In this document: piece after piece, positions 52,906 through 64,000 of the stretch
How positions within the stretch are numbered: the stretch's first letter is position 1
Layout of the letters: each line of letters starts with the position of its first letter
Assembly (NCBI GenBank): GCA_973895155.1
Contig: OZ316893.1
Coordinates: 9,737,560 to 9,801,559 of the forward strand
DNA length: 64,000 nucleotides
DNA from: Marsupella aquatica
Taxonomy: Eukaryota > Plantae > Marchantiophyta
Reading direction: 5' to 3'
Translations under genes and position numbers: made by a program
The notes under the pieces: model-generated
What the model was told of the DNA's origin: nothing
The model's input: only the letters and a program-made list of their open reading frames with translations
Database searches by the model: none

Positions 52906-55101
52906 CAGATGAATTCCATCCAAATAGTATTGCCCAGACTCTTGCTGTGATCACATATTATAGCGTTTGACTAATGACTAATTGCTTAACGTGAATCATG
53001 TAATTTTTTGGATAGTGTATCATATGGCCATTTTCATGCTTCAGCCAAACAGGAAATAAGTGACAGAACTTCATCAACAAAATCTCCTTGAAATCAACAG
53101 AACCACAGTCCACCGAAGGACAGACCTGTGGAAGTCTCAACCCAAGACCTTTGCCTCCCAAACTGTAAAGTTATACTAAGTTGAACACCGCAATCCTATC
53201 GTGATAATGTTTGGACTTAGGGCTGTCTTGCATGTGCAAGAGTCCTGAAAAATGCGACCCCTAGCAGCCACAGATGTCGGGAAAAAGTGTGACCCAGGAT
53301 CTAAGCACAATCAAGAACAGCTTATTCAGTCGGATCTACTGCCATTTTGTTTTATTCAAAGTTCAAAATTTGGGATCTCAAGGGGCCGGAAAATTTCCGG
53401 GCCTTGCCCTTGCATATCCTCCAAAGATGCCATCAGGACTGTCCACTTGTTGCTTCGTTTAGAGATCTCATGGGTTCATTTGAGGGCCTAAAATAAAAGG
53501 ACCTTGGACATGCAAAACTACCCTTAATAATCATATCAAAACTACCAAACTGGTTCCGGACAGTGTGCAGCCGCTCGGCTAATCTCCGGCAGTGCATTAT
53601 TAGTTAGCCTCGAGATTGTTGTTGATCGGATCAATTGTGGACCGACACTCCAATCGAACCTGATACACAGCCGCCTCCGCATGCAGCACAGCGGCTTATA
53701 ACTCCACCACACTAGTTTCGATCCTCACTAGATTCTATGGGCGTGTACTAGACATTACCTCACCAATCGGTAAGTACCCAAAGCAAATCATTTCAGCCGA
53801 TTTATGAGTACTACTGGAGAATATTGAGCCGCAGAGGAGAGGATCTGCTGTAATCTGTGCACAAGCAGCCGAGAGCTCCAATTCTTTGACTCGTCAGGGG
53901 CGAGCAGAGGATGAGGTCAGATCTCTGATGTAATGAGTGCACAAGCAGCTGATAGCTCCTGTACTTCAGTCATGGCTTTCAGTCTACTAGTTCAAATGTA
54001 GCGAATGTGAAATACTCTCTCGTCGTCGAGTCTCCTCTGATTTTGTCTAGGAGGATTATACTCTTGCTAAAATCCAGGGACCGTAGCCGGTATAAAAATG
54101 GATCGTTCAGTTTTACATTTTAAGTCAAGCGGTCTAGAATTTTCTGCGGATTTCCGAAAGCTCTAAGTAGCCCCTCTTTTTCATCCAACGCTAAATCGGA
54201 CTTTCTCTCCCTAGAGGGAATGATGACCTGTGGGACTGCTGTGCTATGAATAAAAGAGATGTAATGGGACTCTGGGAGCTTTTGGAGTGGGAGCTTTCGG
54301 TGGTAGCGATGTACTGTACTCGCGATGCCCGAAGTTTGTGGTGTTATGTCGGAATCAAAAGGTTTGAAGACTTCACATCAGAGGCCGGTTCATTTTTGAG
54401 TGGATCTCAAAGTACTTGCCCAAATCCATAGTGTAAAGTAGTAAAGTACGTATAATGCTCCGTTGGATGCCACGTGAATTGTTGCTGCAGCGTACTATGT
54501 CTGTAATTGCCTCCCGCGAGGGAGTCCTCCGAAATAAATGCCCAGGGCTGCCTGCCGGAGGGCTTTGGTTGGGACAACTCTCGAGCGGGAGTACTTTAAT
54601 TTTCTGTGACTGAGTCCAGTAATGAGGTGGACACATAACGGCGGCGACATACCTGTTCCCTCGAAGGCTCCGAATAGGGACAGCTTCTAATGATATACGC
54701 TGTTGCGCTAACGGCAGGTCTGTTTTCAATGTTGCAACTCTCGTGAGCCAATTCAAAAGCCTCAAAGTCTCAAACATTGTTTGTGTTTCGTGGCATTTTC
54801 AGGTGGTTCCTTGCGTAATGCATGATGGCGAGGAATTTGCGATCATTCTACTGCAGGTTGTTAATACAGTAGCACATTCGGAGCGTGACAGGTAGCAAAG
54901 ATTCATGTATACCATGACGGAGAGGATAGTTGCACCGTGCTCGGGTTGGAGTCACTACTGCCAATGTGATTGAATGTCTGCATGGACAGTGGGCGTTCGA
55001 GCTCGATCCTTGAATGGCATTGACTTGCAATTTAGCGTGGGTCGTTGATTTTGATTAGCAGCTGGTTGCAAGCTAGGCGTCCGACTTGGCGGACCGCAGC
55101 A

Positions 55102-58100
55102 ATGAGGTTCAAGCAAGACTTCGTGGTCAGTGTGCAATCCCTTTGCTTTTCCCAAGATAGCGTAAGCGTCACCTTCAAACGACCTCGTGACAAGGAGCGC
55201 ATCGACGATGCTGTGGATCTCATCAACGAAGGGTACCTCTCGCCAAGAGCATTTCCGAACATGAGGGTGGTCGAATTTCAAGGTCGCCTATGGTCGCTGG
55301 ACAACAGGCGGCTGTGGGTGTTTAAGAAGGCAAGGGTGCCCTCCATCACGGTTACGCCAGTGGGCTGTAAATTTCATGACGGATTCGAGTCACTTCTGAC
55401 GACGTCCCCAAAATTGTATGCGAAGCTGTCTAGTCCAGGATTCTTCCCGCGACCGCGCGGGTACTGCAAGGAAATCTTCACTGACGTTCATACGGATCCA
55501 GCTGAACTGCCAACTTCTCTCTCGCCTCCTCCGACTCCTCATGCACGAGGAGGCCGTCGACAGGTGGAGGTCGAGATGCCCACCAGAATGTCCAAGCAAT
55601 CAATTCCCTCAGGTGCTCCTCCATATGTCCGTGAGCCAGATAGGCCTCCAAAGAGAACCAAATCTCCCCCTCCTTTCAATGTGGCGAAGGTCTCTAATAG
55701 CAACTCCAAGCACAGGTTTTTTTACGATAATTATTACCATGCCCCGCCTGATTTCAGGAGCCAGCAGTATGATAATCAGTACCATGACCCGTATCAATTG
55801 AGGAGCCAGCGTCCGGATCTGGAGCAACAGACGCCCAGAATGCGAGGCTCTGTCGTACCACCTCGATCTCCAGAGAAATATAGCCCCGATAGGCCTCCTT
55901 TTCTGAATACAAAACGACGACACCATGGATCTGAGCATGATCGTCATTCCCCAAGATCGAGACAGGAAGCGTGTTTTCCACGTCCATCTAAGAAGCAGAG
56001 AGCTCCATCCCAAGTGAGCGAATTGAAATCTTTCTCTTCACACCCGTCACGGACGGCCTTTCAGGAGTGCCCTCCACATCCGGCAACGAAGTCGACCAAA
56101 AATCCAGCTCGCGTGAGAGAGACCTCCAAAGACTCATCTCCACCGTTATTGAGGAGGCTGCATCAAGAGTCTGTGAGGCCTCCATATCACAGGAGGGGGT
56201 TGAACGCTTCGGTGCCGAAGCCCCCAGTCCCGACCCCACGAGATAGACCGAGAGCAGCTCCACGCGTACGTCTCGCTAAGGAAGCCAGACCTCCGTCACC
56301 CGCGAGGACTCGATCTTCACAGAGGGCCGCCGATCGACCTGGAAATGTTCCATCCGTCCGCACCCCGGATCGCAAAGCCTACGATTCTAATGGGCAGCAG
56401 CCCTCCCGACAGAAGCCTCTCGACCAACGTCAGTCTGCTCGTCCTTCCGTGTCTACGGACATATATCCTCAGAGGCGCCGAGAGGCCAAGAGCTCTACAT
56501 GTGCAGCTGCAGCTCCAGATAAATCTTCATCGCCACCAGCATCCGCTGCGAAAAGAGGCAGGGCTAGTAGGGCGACGAGCAATCCGAAGAATTTCAGCTA
56601 TGGCTTCCACACCTCTCGAAAGAGGGCCAGAGCCTCTAGAGGCTCAAAGAAAGCAGGTGCTCCGACACCGAGCACGGAGTGCTTGTCGACGCAATTGCCT
56701 TCTCATGTTCCTGACGCGAGTGTTCCGTCGTCCGCCTCGCCAAAAACTCACCGTGCTTCGACTGGGAAGCCACCACAGCCTCGCGCGTCTTCCTCGACGA
56801 ACGCTAACCTGTCAACGGCAACGATGAAACGGCAGATCATGGACGACAACTTCACTTCAGATGTCATTGATCCGAACGAAAATCAGGGCCAGCATGAGCC
56901 AGAATCTGGGGTCATTTCGCCTACCACAAAGACCAGACAGGAGCAGGAGCAGGAGCAGGAGGCACCGGAGATTGTGGATTTTGCTTCTAGGGGAGAATTC
57001 CTGTCGGACACTGCAAGTAATCTCTTCAAGTTGGACGTCAAGCAAGCTACACCTGCAGACCCCGAGCTGCCTCCGATAATAAAGGACCCAAAGGATCCGC
57101 AAGTAACACTGGACCCAAAGGATGTGCGAGTATTGGATGAAATTTTACAACAGTTTCAGAAGGGAGAGAAGAGTGCAGCTCCTCAGACAGTTCACACAAA
57201 GTCCACAGAGAACACACTTCTAAAGGAGCCAAGTGTAGAAGCTGAAAGTCTCAATAACTTACCATCTCGGACCCGTCCAATTGATGTTCACCAAGCTGCT
57301 GCTGATTTAGGTGTCACAGTCACGGCTGGCTTGGAGCCTACCAAGGTCCAGGTACGAATAAACTTTACGCCATCAATTATTTTGCCGTCCTACTGCATCC
57401 CCACTTGTTGACAGCTCCATTTTCTTCAAGAGATCAGTGACCTTCCTTCCAACCATTCCGTCTGGCATTCTGGCTGCTGAGCTCTATGGAACTAGAGTCT
57501 ATAGCAATCAACTCCTCAGGCTGCCCCCGTATGTCCATCGCTGGACTGCGCATATGTTGGAACTTTGGTTTCGTGTGCTAGCTCGGCTTCAACTCATCAC
57601 TGCTTGATTACCCGCTGGATTAATTCCCACATAGAACTCACTTTGATTCTCTACTTCAATTCCGGACTGCTCGATTACTCGCTGTATTATGTACTACGTC
57701 GAATTTTCAATCTCTGGCAGGCATCTACTCCTGTAGAAGACGTCCTGGAGCCCCAGACTGGAGCCAAAGCGGGCCGTGCCATTAATCATCAACAGGTTAT
57801 CCCTGAGCACTTAATGGAGCAATAATTTATTTTCCATATCCAATTCATTTAGATCTTGATTCATCCGCAAACGGTCTATCGTTTTGTCCTCAGTGTCATC
57901 CGTTATGTTACGCATCTTAATTCTAAGCAACAGAATCGCGAGACTGTTAATAACCTTCCTGATGAAATTAAAAATCGATTGTGCGGTATTGTGACTTTGG
58001 TTTGCTCGTGTTGTAATCGAAGCTTTTGGGTCATGGCGATTCTCGTTATTGTCTATTAAGTCTTCGCCTGATTGATGGATAGAGGGGACGGTGCTGTCAA

Positions 58101-60542
58101 TCTTTTTCTACAGGAGCAGCGGGCATTGTCAAGGCGCAAAGGATTCTTGGAGACGGCTCGGACCACAAACAGTGAAATTAACCCCGGAGGCACTAAAACG
58201 ACGCGAGTAAATGCAATTACCATGCCATCCTCGCTGGGCTAAGAAGTGGACTGTCCCTTGTTTGCCATTTAAGTTGTGCATCTATGCTCCACAATTATAG
58301 GCCAGTGCAGAGCCTCTAAAGCGGTCAGTTACTTGTCACTGGGCTGGAAGCTTGCGAATTGTTGCATGGAGCAGGTCTCCTGAAGACCTCCAGCCCTTCC
58401 TGGTTGAAGTTGGGAACTTCCTCTAGTGGATCGTCCCGTTATTGCCAGCTAAGTTTGTGCGTCTATATTTATCGGACCAGTACAGAGCCTCTAAACGCGG
58501 TCAGCTACCTGTCATTGGTTTTAAGAGCTGGAAGCTTGAGAATTGTTGGAGCAGGTCTCCGGCTAGACCACCAGCCATTCCTGGTTGAAGTTGGGAACAT
58601 CCTCTACTGCTCCCAGCAGGCTTTAATTTGGATTCTATATCAGTCTGATGTAACTGAGGGGTCCAAGCTTGGCACCCATTGACCTGGTACATGGTAGCAG
58701 GCTTTTCAGGTTCAAGTTACCACAAGATGGCCACCTATTGCTAACAGCATTCCTACACGGTTCTCAATACTGAATGTTGTTAAGGCCTCTCAACTCCAGT
58801 GCATAACTTAGTAAACCCTGGCAAATCTGAAGCATTCTGGAACCCGTTTACCAGCTAGTCCTTTGGATGATGTGGAAAGTACCTGGTCCAGCAGAGGTCA
58901 TCCTAACTTTCCGTGGTGGTGCTTACTCCCATTTGCGATGTGAACGCAGTTTTCCTGATTTCTGTGCCATCTATTCCTTGTTTGTGCTTCGTTTTCATTG
59001 CCCAACTTTTGGCTTATTCGTGTTGTGATCTGCAGGCAAACCCAATATTTTCAAATGAGGTTCCGGAAGTTTCCAAGCGCATCACTCGAGGTCAACTCAA
59101 AATGGAAAAGGCAATGGAAAGGAGAAAGGAGAGAGAGAAGAGAAGGGCGCTGAGAGAAGCAGAGAAGAAAAAGGAGCGAGAAGCCAATTCCGTACACATG
59201 AAAGAGAAATCTGTCACTCCTTCCAAAAATTTGACCACAGCAATTGTCCCCTATGATGCTGCGAGAAGTAAGGAAATGTCGAAGACAGTGCAGACTGGAG
59301 ACATGGCGTACGTGAAAGTTATAGGAGAACTTCCAACGATCGGAGTGGAAGGACGAAGAAGACAGCATCCATACTTGCGGTTCTTAGGGCCATTCATAGT
59401 TAAAAGAAAGGTGAAGCACAAATTTCTCCCATTGACATTTTTTATCATCTCTTTTTGGTAACTAGCAAGAATTAATATAGCATCCACTCGAACAACCAAC
59501 ACGAACGCTTACACTCGAGCCTACTTAAGTCTCTACGTTTAGGCTAGACCTTTCTGTCCCATGTATTGTTGTATAATGTGATCACGTTTTTTTCCTGTCA
59601 AATGTGATTTTGTTTTGGTTTTGGAATTGCGTTTATTTTCTCATTAGCACTTTTCTCGTGGCGCTCTTAGCATTACCCACAGAATCAGCCGAAGTGGTAT
59701 TCATGCGGCATTTTCTCGCTTTCGGTGTTAATTTCCAAATTGTGATATTCTGTTCCCACTTTCGCAACCAGGCAATGGTCAGACAGGTTATTTGACGTGA
59801 TCGGAGCATTACGTAGCTTCCCTACTTCCAGATCTTTCTGTTCATTTTCATAGAATTTTTCCGTCCAGCCACTATCCCATGCATCCATCTAAGATCGGAT
59901 CACTTTTGTCACCGTGTGTAAATCTTTCAGCGGCGAGGACTTGGCGGTATTGCTTCACTCCGAATTTATTCCGCTTACGCAAATAGAAATTGTGATCGTT
60001 TCGTAAAGATTGGACGGTCTTCTGTAGCAGTCTGTATATTTAATAACTTTGGTGGTCTTCGGATTGGAATGGATCGTTATATTCTAAGATAGAATATCCA
60101 TGAAAATGATCCATTCCAACCCATTCTGATCATATTGCCAATTTCATGTTAGATCCTGTAAGATTTCTCTGTGCTTACAAATGACGTGGTGGTGCAGTAC
60201 AATGCATACACGGCCCTGGTGGAGCTACCTGACGATTGCTGCCTGAAACGTGCCTTCAGTGTGAAAGTCTTGACGAAGAGTCGTAGTCCAGTGCAGACCT
60301 ACTTGCCTGACCACAGGCTTTCAATAACATTAGTACCAGAGACAGTCCTCAACAAAAGGGTGGCAAGAAGGTTGAGGAAAAGGAAGGTGATACACTACTT
60401 GGTGAAGTGGAAGACTCTCCCAGCCACTGAAGCAACATGGGAGCCTGAGACTATCTTTGATGAGCATCCACATCTGCTAGATCAGGCTGATTCGCCGTCG
60501 CTTTGCAATCCTTACTTGCTTCGGAACTGGAAAGCCTGGTAG
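55102..60542 (+). CDS. Chimeric about 1045-aa protein: ParB/Srx-like domain + disordered linker + gypsy integrase-derived GPY/F (SH3-like) domain + chromodomain; exons 55102-57351, 57721-57795, 58114-58206, 59036-59410, 60198-60542
   Basis: All four introns are GT-AG, phase 0, and give one open frame. N-terminus: LCFSQDSVSVTF...MRVVEFQGRLWSLDNRRLWVFK. C-terminus: VQTGDMAYVKV...LRFLGPFIVKRK|YNAYTALVELPDD..LKRAFSVKVLTK, then PETVLNKRV...YLVKWKTLPATEATWEPE. Confidence 0.75.
58302..58606 (+). repeat. Imperfect direct repeat (about 125-130 bp twice, period about 175) in intron 3 of the chimeric gene
   Basis: CCAGT.CAGAGCCTCTAAA..GCGGTCAG...GCTGGAAGCTTG.GAATTGTTG...TTCCTGGTTGAAGTTGGGAAC.TCCTCTA at about 58302 and 58477. 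Confidence 0.8.
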
Positions 60543-62296
60543 CAGGGCAGGCTGCCAAGGTACATCTTCGTCTCTTCTGGCTTCCTATCCTTGACGTCCC
60601 AGAACATGACTAACATGTACTAAAGCTCTCCTGGATGGCTCACCGAACAGAACTTGAATGGCACCTTGTGCAGGTTTAAAATCTCTCTTTCAGATTGCCT
60701 ATTGTTTGTGCGCTTGAATGAATTCATTGACTACTTGTGGCCAAAGCTATCGACACATTGCATCTGACCTCCGCCATGCACTGGACCTATGCTTACGTAT
60801 ATAAGAATGTGAACAGTTGCAGGCAAAGAGGAGTTGTGGAGGCTGGCGGTACAGTTCATATCCCCGGATTAGCTCGATCTACATAATTTATATCTCCTTG
60901 CAAATGGAGGTGTCTCTAAATGTACGTTACACAACTGGCTCACTTTCTAAAGTGACAGTCTGTCTAGGCAAGGTGCTTTGACAGACTGATTATTGACGAT
61001 GCAGCTGCAAGCTAAGTCACAATTGTGAAAGTTGAATTGACGCCATCTGGGAATGAATGAAAAGAACTGCCACCTGACTCGTCTGTGAGCTATTTGGGAA
61101 CGAAACTGTGCTGAAGTTCGAATTGAATGGGACAAATCAAGAATGAATATGTGGCCTGCTAGTTGTTGAGCGTCGTTTACTAGCTGCCACCCAACTACGG
61201 TAGCCCGACGAGACCAAGGAACTAAACCTCCATATTGTGTAGGCACGAAGAGCTTTCCACAACCCTGTAGTTCTAGGAATTCACTTTTGTAAAGTCACGT
61301 TCGGCATTGACTGAATTTGAAGCAAGACACAACTTGTTGAATCAGCTACTAAGTTTCTGATTAGACTCGGCGTGATTGAATTAAATAGCAGGCAGCTGGA
61401 TCACCATTATCCGTAAATTCAGTTCAGCTGCATATATTTGTCCTATGTCGTTTGTTAATCTTTCCGATCAGAACAACTCGGACACTCGGTCAGGGCTATT
61501 CGAGAGAGGGAACATCGGAACAACTTGGTTCTCTGAGAGTAGCTTATGAGGTTGATCGAAGTCGAGCTCAATTTTGTACGTAACTCATGTCTATTTATGC
61601 GCGCAGCCACCTGTTTAAGAGAAACAAGCCAGCTGTTGCGAGCAGCAGCTGGAGGAGACCATACCGAAGCTAACGCACACTATTACATTGGGAAGAACGA
61701 TCCAGGAAAACAAGCGTGTGAAAGATTGTGAAAGATTTGGAACGAACCAAGTCACCAGAATGAGCGTGTGAAAGCTAGTCCACCTGATAAATTGAAGTTT
61801 TAGGCTGCCGATAGAAGCGCTGTTCAGTAGTTCAGTAGCTTGGGCTTGAGCGTGCTCGTTCAGTGTTCTGTACTCGACAAGTATGCAAATTAACTGAGAG
61901 TACTTCTCTTCAAATTTTCTATGACGTTCTGTGGTTGTAGTCAGAGGAGAGGAAGTACTTCGGCAACATTGCCTTTCTTTCTTTTTTCTTTTTGGACATC
62001 ACTGTCTACTGAACACTCTTTGCAGTATTGATTGGAAAGCACCTGAAGTTCCAGAGGCAATTTCGTCATTCACTCAGCAATCCATCATATGAGCCAGGGG
62101 ATAGAAACCTCGAGGACAGTACTTTCTTGCCTTTCCAGTTCACATTCTTCCCGAAGTAACTCCTCAGAGGTAATCAGTTTCGTCTCGGTGTCAGATAACC
62201 CTAGTATTTAAATCATATTTCGTATGCGCTTCATTTTTTCTTTCTAACAGGTGTAAAAATTGAGGAGATTTGGGTGACACTGCAAAGTTACATAGG

Positions 62297-62329
62297 CAAT
62301 TTTAGACAATTTTAGACAATTTTAGACAA
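62297..62329 (+). repeat. 10-bp tandem repeat, three copies
   Basis: CAATTTTAGA three times. Confidence 0.9.
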
Positions 62330-62379
62330 AATATTTTGACATCTTTAAGTGTCATTTTAAATGCCAAAATATACGAATG

Positions 62380-62660
62380 AGACCAAGAACCTGTTTGAGT
62401 TTGTGTGGGGCCCCAGGTGAAAGACACATCCACAGTACATGCCCAAGCTGACAAACTGTACCTACGTAGCACAATCTTTTAGGCACACTGAGGTTCTCAC
62501 CTTGCATGCTCACAATTGGGTTCAAGCCAATTCCACATAGGATTGGGATTTCCAAACTCTTCAGTGCCTCCATAATCTTGTAAAGTGAAGGTAGCCACTT
62601 GTTTGCTTTTGGCAGCTCAAAGTCATGGATCAACAAGACTTTGCTGAACTTGCTGTCCAT
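62380..62660 (-). pseudogene. Possible CACTA/En-Spm transposase fragment
   Basis: FSKVLL..ELPKANKWLPSLY..EALKSL... loosely resembles the LP..N.LP.S.YEAKK.L..LGL...ACP.DC segment of CACTA TnpD. It is short and degenerate. Confidence 0.3.
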
Positions 62661-63487
62661 GTCTTATTTAATACCCCTTAAAGTCAGGGGACTTTACATG
62701 CACCCAGAACATAGATTTTGCTTATCCTTTGTGTCAGGGGTGGTTTATTTATCTAGGGGACATGCTCATCACGCATACGTGGATAATTTTGCATACAGAG
62801 AATCACGCATACGTGGTTAAATTTGCGTACAGAGAATACAAAACGAGAGCAGTGGTTTGGCTACATTGTTCACTGCATTTAGTTTTTGTGTACCTAAATT
62901 TTGGGGGTCACTCTACTAATGTGAATTGCAAGTGAACTCTAATAGTGTGGGCATTAAGTAACATAAGTGTAATACTAATTGGGAGAGTAAAGCAATTAGT
63001 CAATGTTATTTCTTTAGCCTAAAGTTGTTGTGGTCACTCTTCAATTAATATTACTGATGTTAATTACAAATTAACACTAATAGTGTTCATGGATTTCCAA
63101 CTAAAAATAGTCTTAGCCCAAAAAGTCACCATAGTGTAATTTTGTATTCAAACTAGCAACACTATGGAAATTTTGTAACTGAAATTAATTAAGATCAAAT
63201 ATGGTGAACAATGTAGAGAATGGACATTAAAACAAACAGGAGTGCTAGTGGGTTAGCTGTTCTATGATGGACATGGAAGCACCATTGACATGGTGAGGGC
63301 TATCTGACCTTAATAGGCTGCAGTGGAGAAAGTCAAAAGATTTTATGTGTGATAGAAACACATCCATGTTGTTAAAATCGATACATACTTGGCCAATGCA
63401 AGGTTTAAGGTTCAGGGTGATTGACTTGATGGATATGGTAGCCATCCGCTTTCTAACTCCCTAACTTTGACCATTGTCTGACTGAGT

Positions 63488-63661
63488 GGTCCTAGTCATC
63501 TCTTTAGTGCCACAGTTCCATGGAGGCTAGCTTGCATTGGAGTGATGCCTCCCCATACTAAACGAAAAAAACTGGTCCCCAACTGTTGCCATGGTCTTGT
63601 CCCAGTCATCTCCTTAGTGTCATAGTTCCATGCCCCGCCTTGGAGTAATGCCTCCCATACT
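63488..63661 (+). repeat. Imperfect direct repeat, period about 110 bp
   Basis: GTCC(T/C)AGTCATCTC(T/C)TTAGTG(C/T)CA(C/T)AGTTCCATG and TTGGAGT(G/A)ATGCCTCCC(C)ATACT each occur twice. Confidence 0.7.
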
Positions 63662-64000
63662 TAGATACGAGTATTGGGATGATTAATTTTGAACAAACTG
63701 CTTTTTGTGAATCCACGCAACTTAGATAGGACTTGGAAATGTGAATACATAGGTTCTCTTGTCTTCACCTTTTGTGTGAGCTGGACAACCCACGATAATG
63801 AGCAGCACTCAATGACGTGACCCAATAAACACCAATAAATGAGCTTTCAAAAAATAGTTTCAATTCAATCAAGTGAATCAACTTTGAGCAAGATCTGTAC
63901 CAATCAGCTCTTTCTTAGGCAGTTCCATGCCCGGTTTGGACTTGTCCGACAAATAGAGGCCTTTGGACTCGACAACCGACAAGTTGTCACCCGGTCCACC

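Noticed and set aside
59036-60542. SH3/chromodomain exons as a mere gypsy fragment
   Set aside because: No adjacent integrase core, PPT or LTR. The frame is intact and linked by in-phase splice sites to upstream exons, unlike the decayed TEs elsewhere in the window. RNA confirmation is still needed.

Overview
Eukaryotic land-plant genomic DNA, intron-rich and TE-interspersed. Gene structure and protein sequences look bryophyte-like, which is an inference. Four spliced host genes are supported: a CUE-domain protein (+, 9015-11734), the meiotic helicase MER3/RCK (-, 13701-24261), chaperonin CCT6/TCP1-zeta (+, 29635-35668), and a 5-exon, about 1045-aa chimeric gene (+, 55102-60542). The chimeric gene joins an N-terminal ParB/Srx-like 'FSQDS...SLDNRRLW' domain, a long disordered Pro/Ser/Arg linker, and a C-terminal Ty3/gypsy (chromovirus) integrase GPY/F-SH3 module plus chromodomain. 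A spliceosomal intron interrupts the GPY/F module, so this looks like a domesticated retrotransposon chromatin-targeting module fused to a nuclease/NTPase-like fold. It is the best novel-system candidate in the window. The rest contains: two L1-type LINE remnants; a degenerate PIF/Harbinger element with 15-bp TIRs; a full-length decayed Ty1/copia (TSD TTCTG) with a nested 1.25-kb TIR element (8-bp TSD) in its RT; a related solo LTR; a second copia 3' LTR; an intronless mitochondrial phosphate carrier pseudogene; and several tandem repeats. No rRNA, tRNA or CRISPR was seen. Exon boundaries were read by eye.
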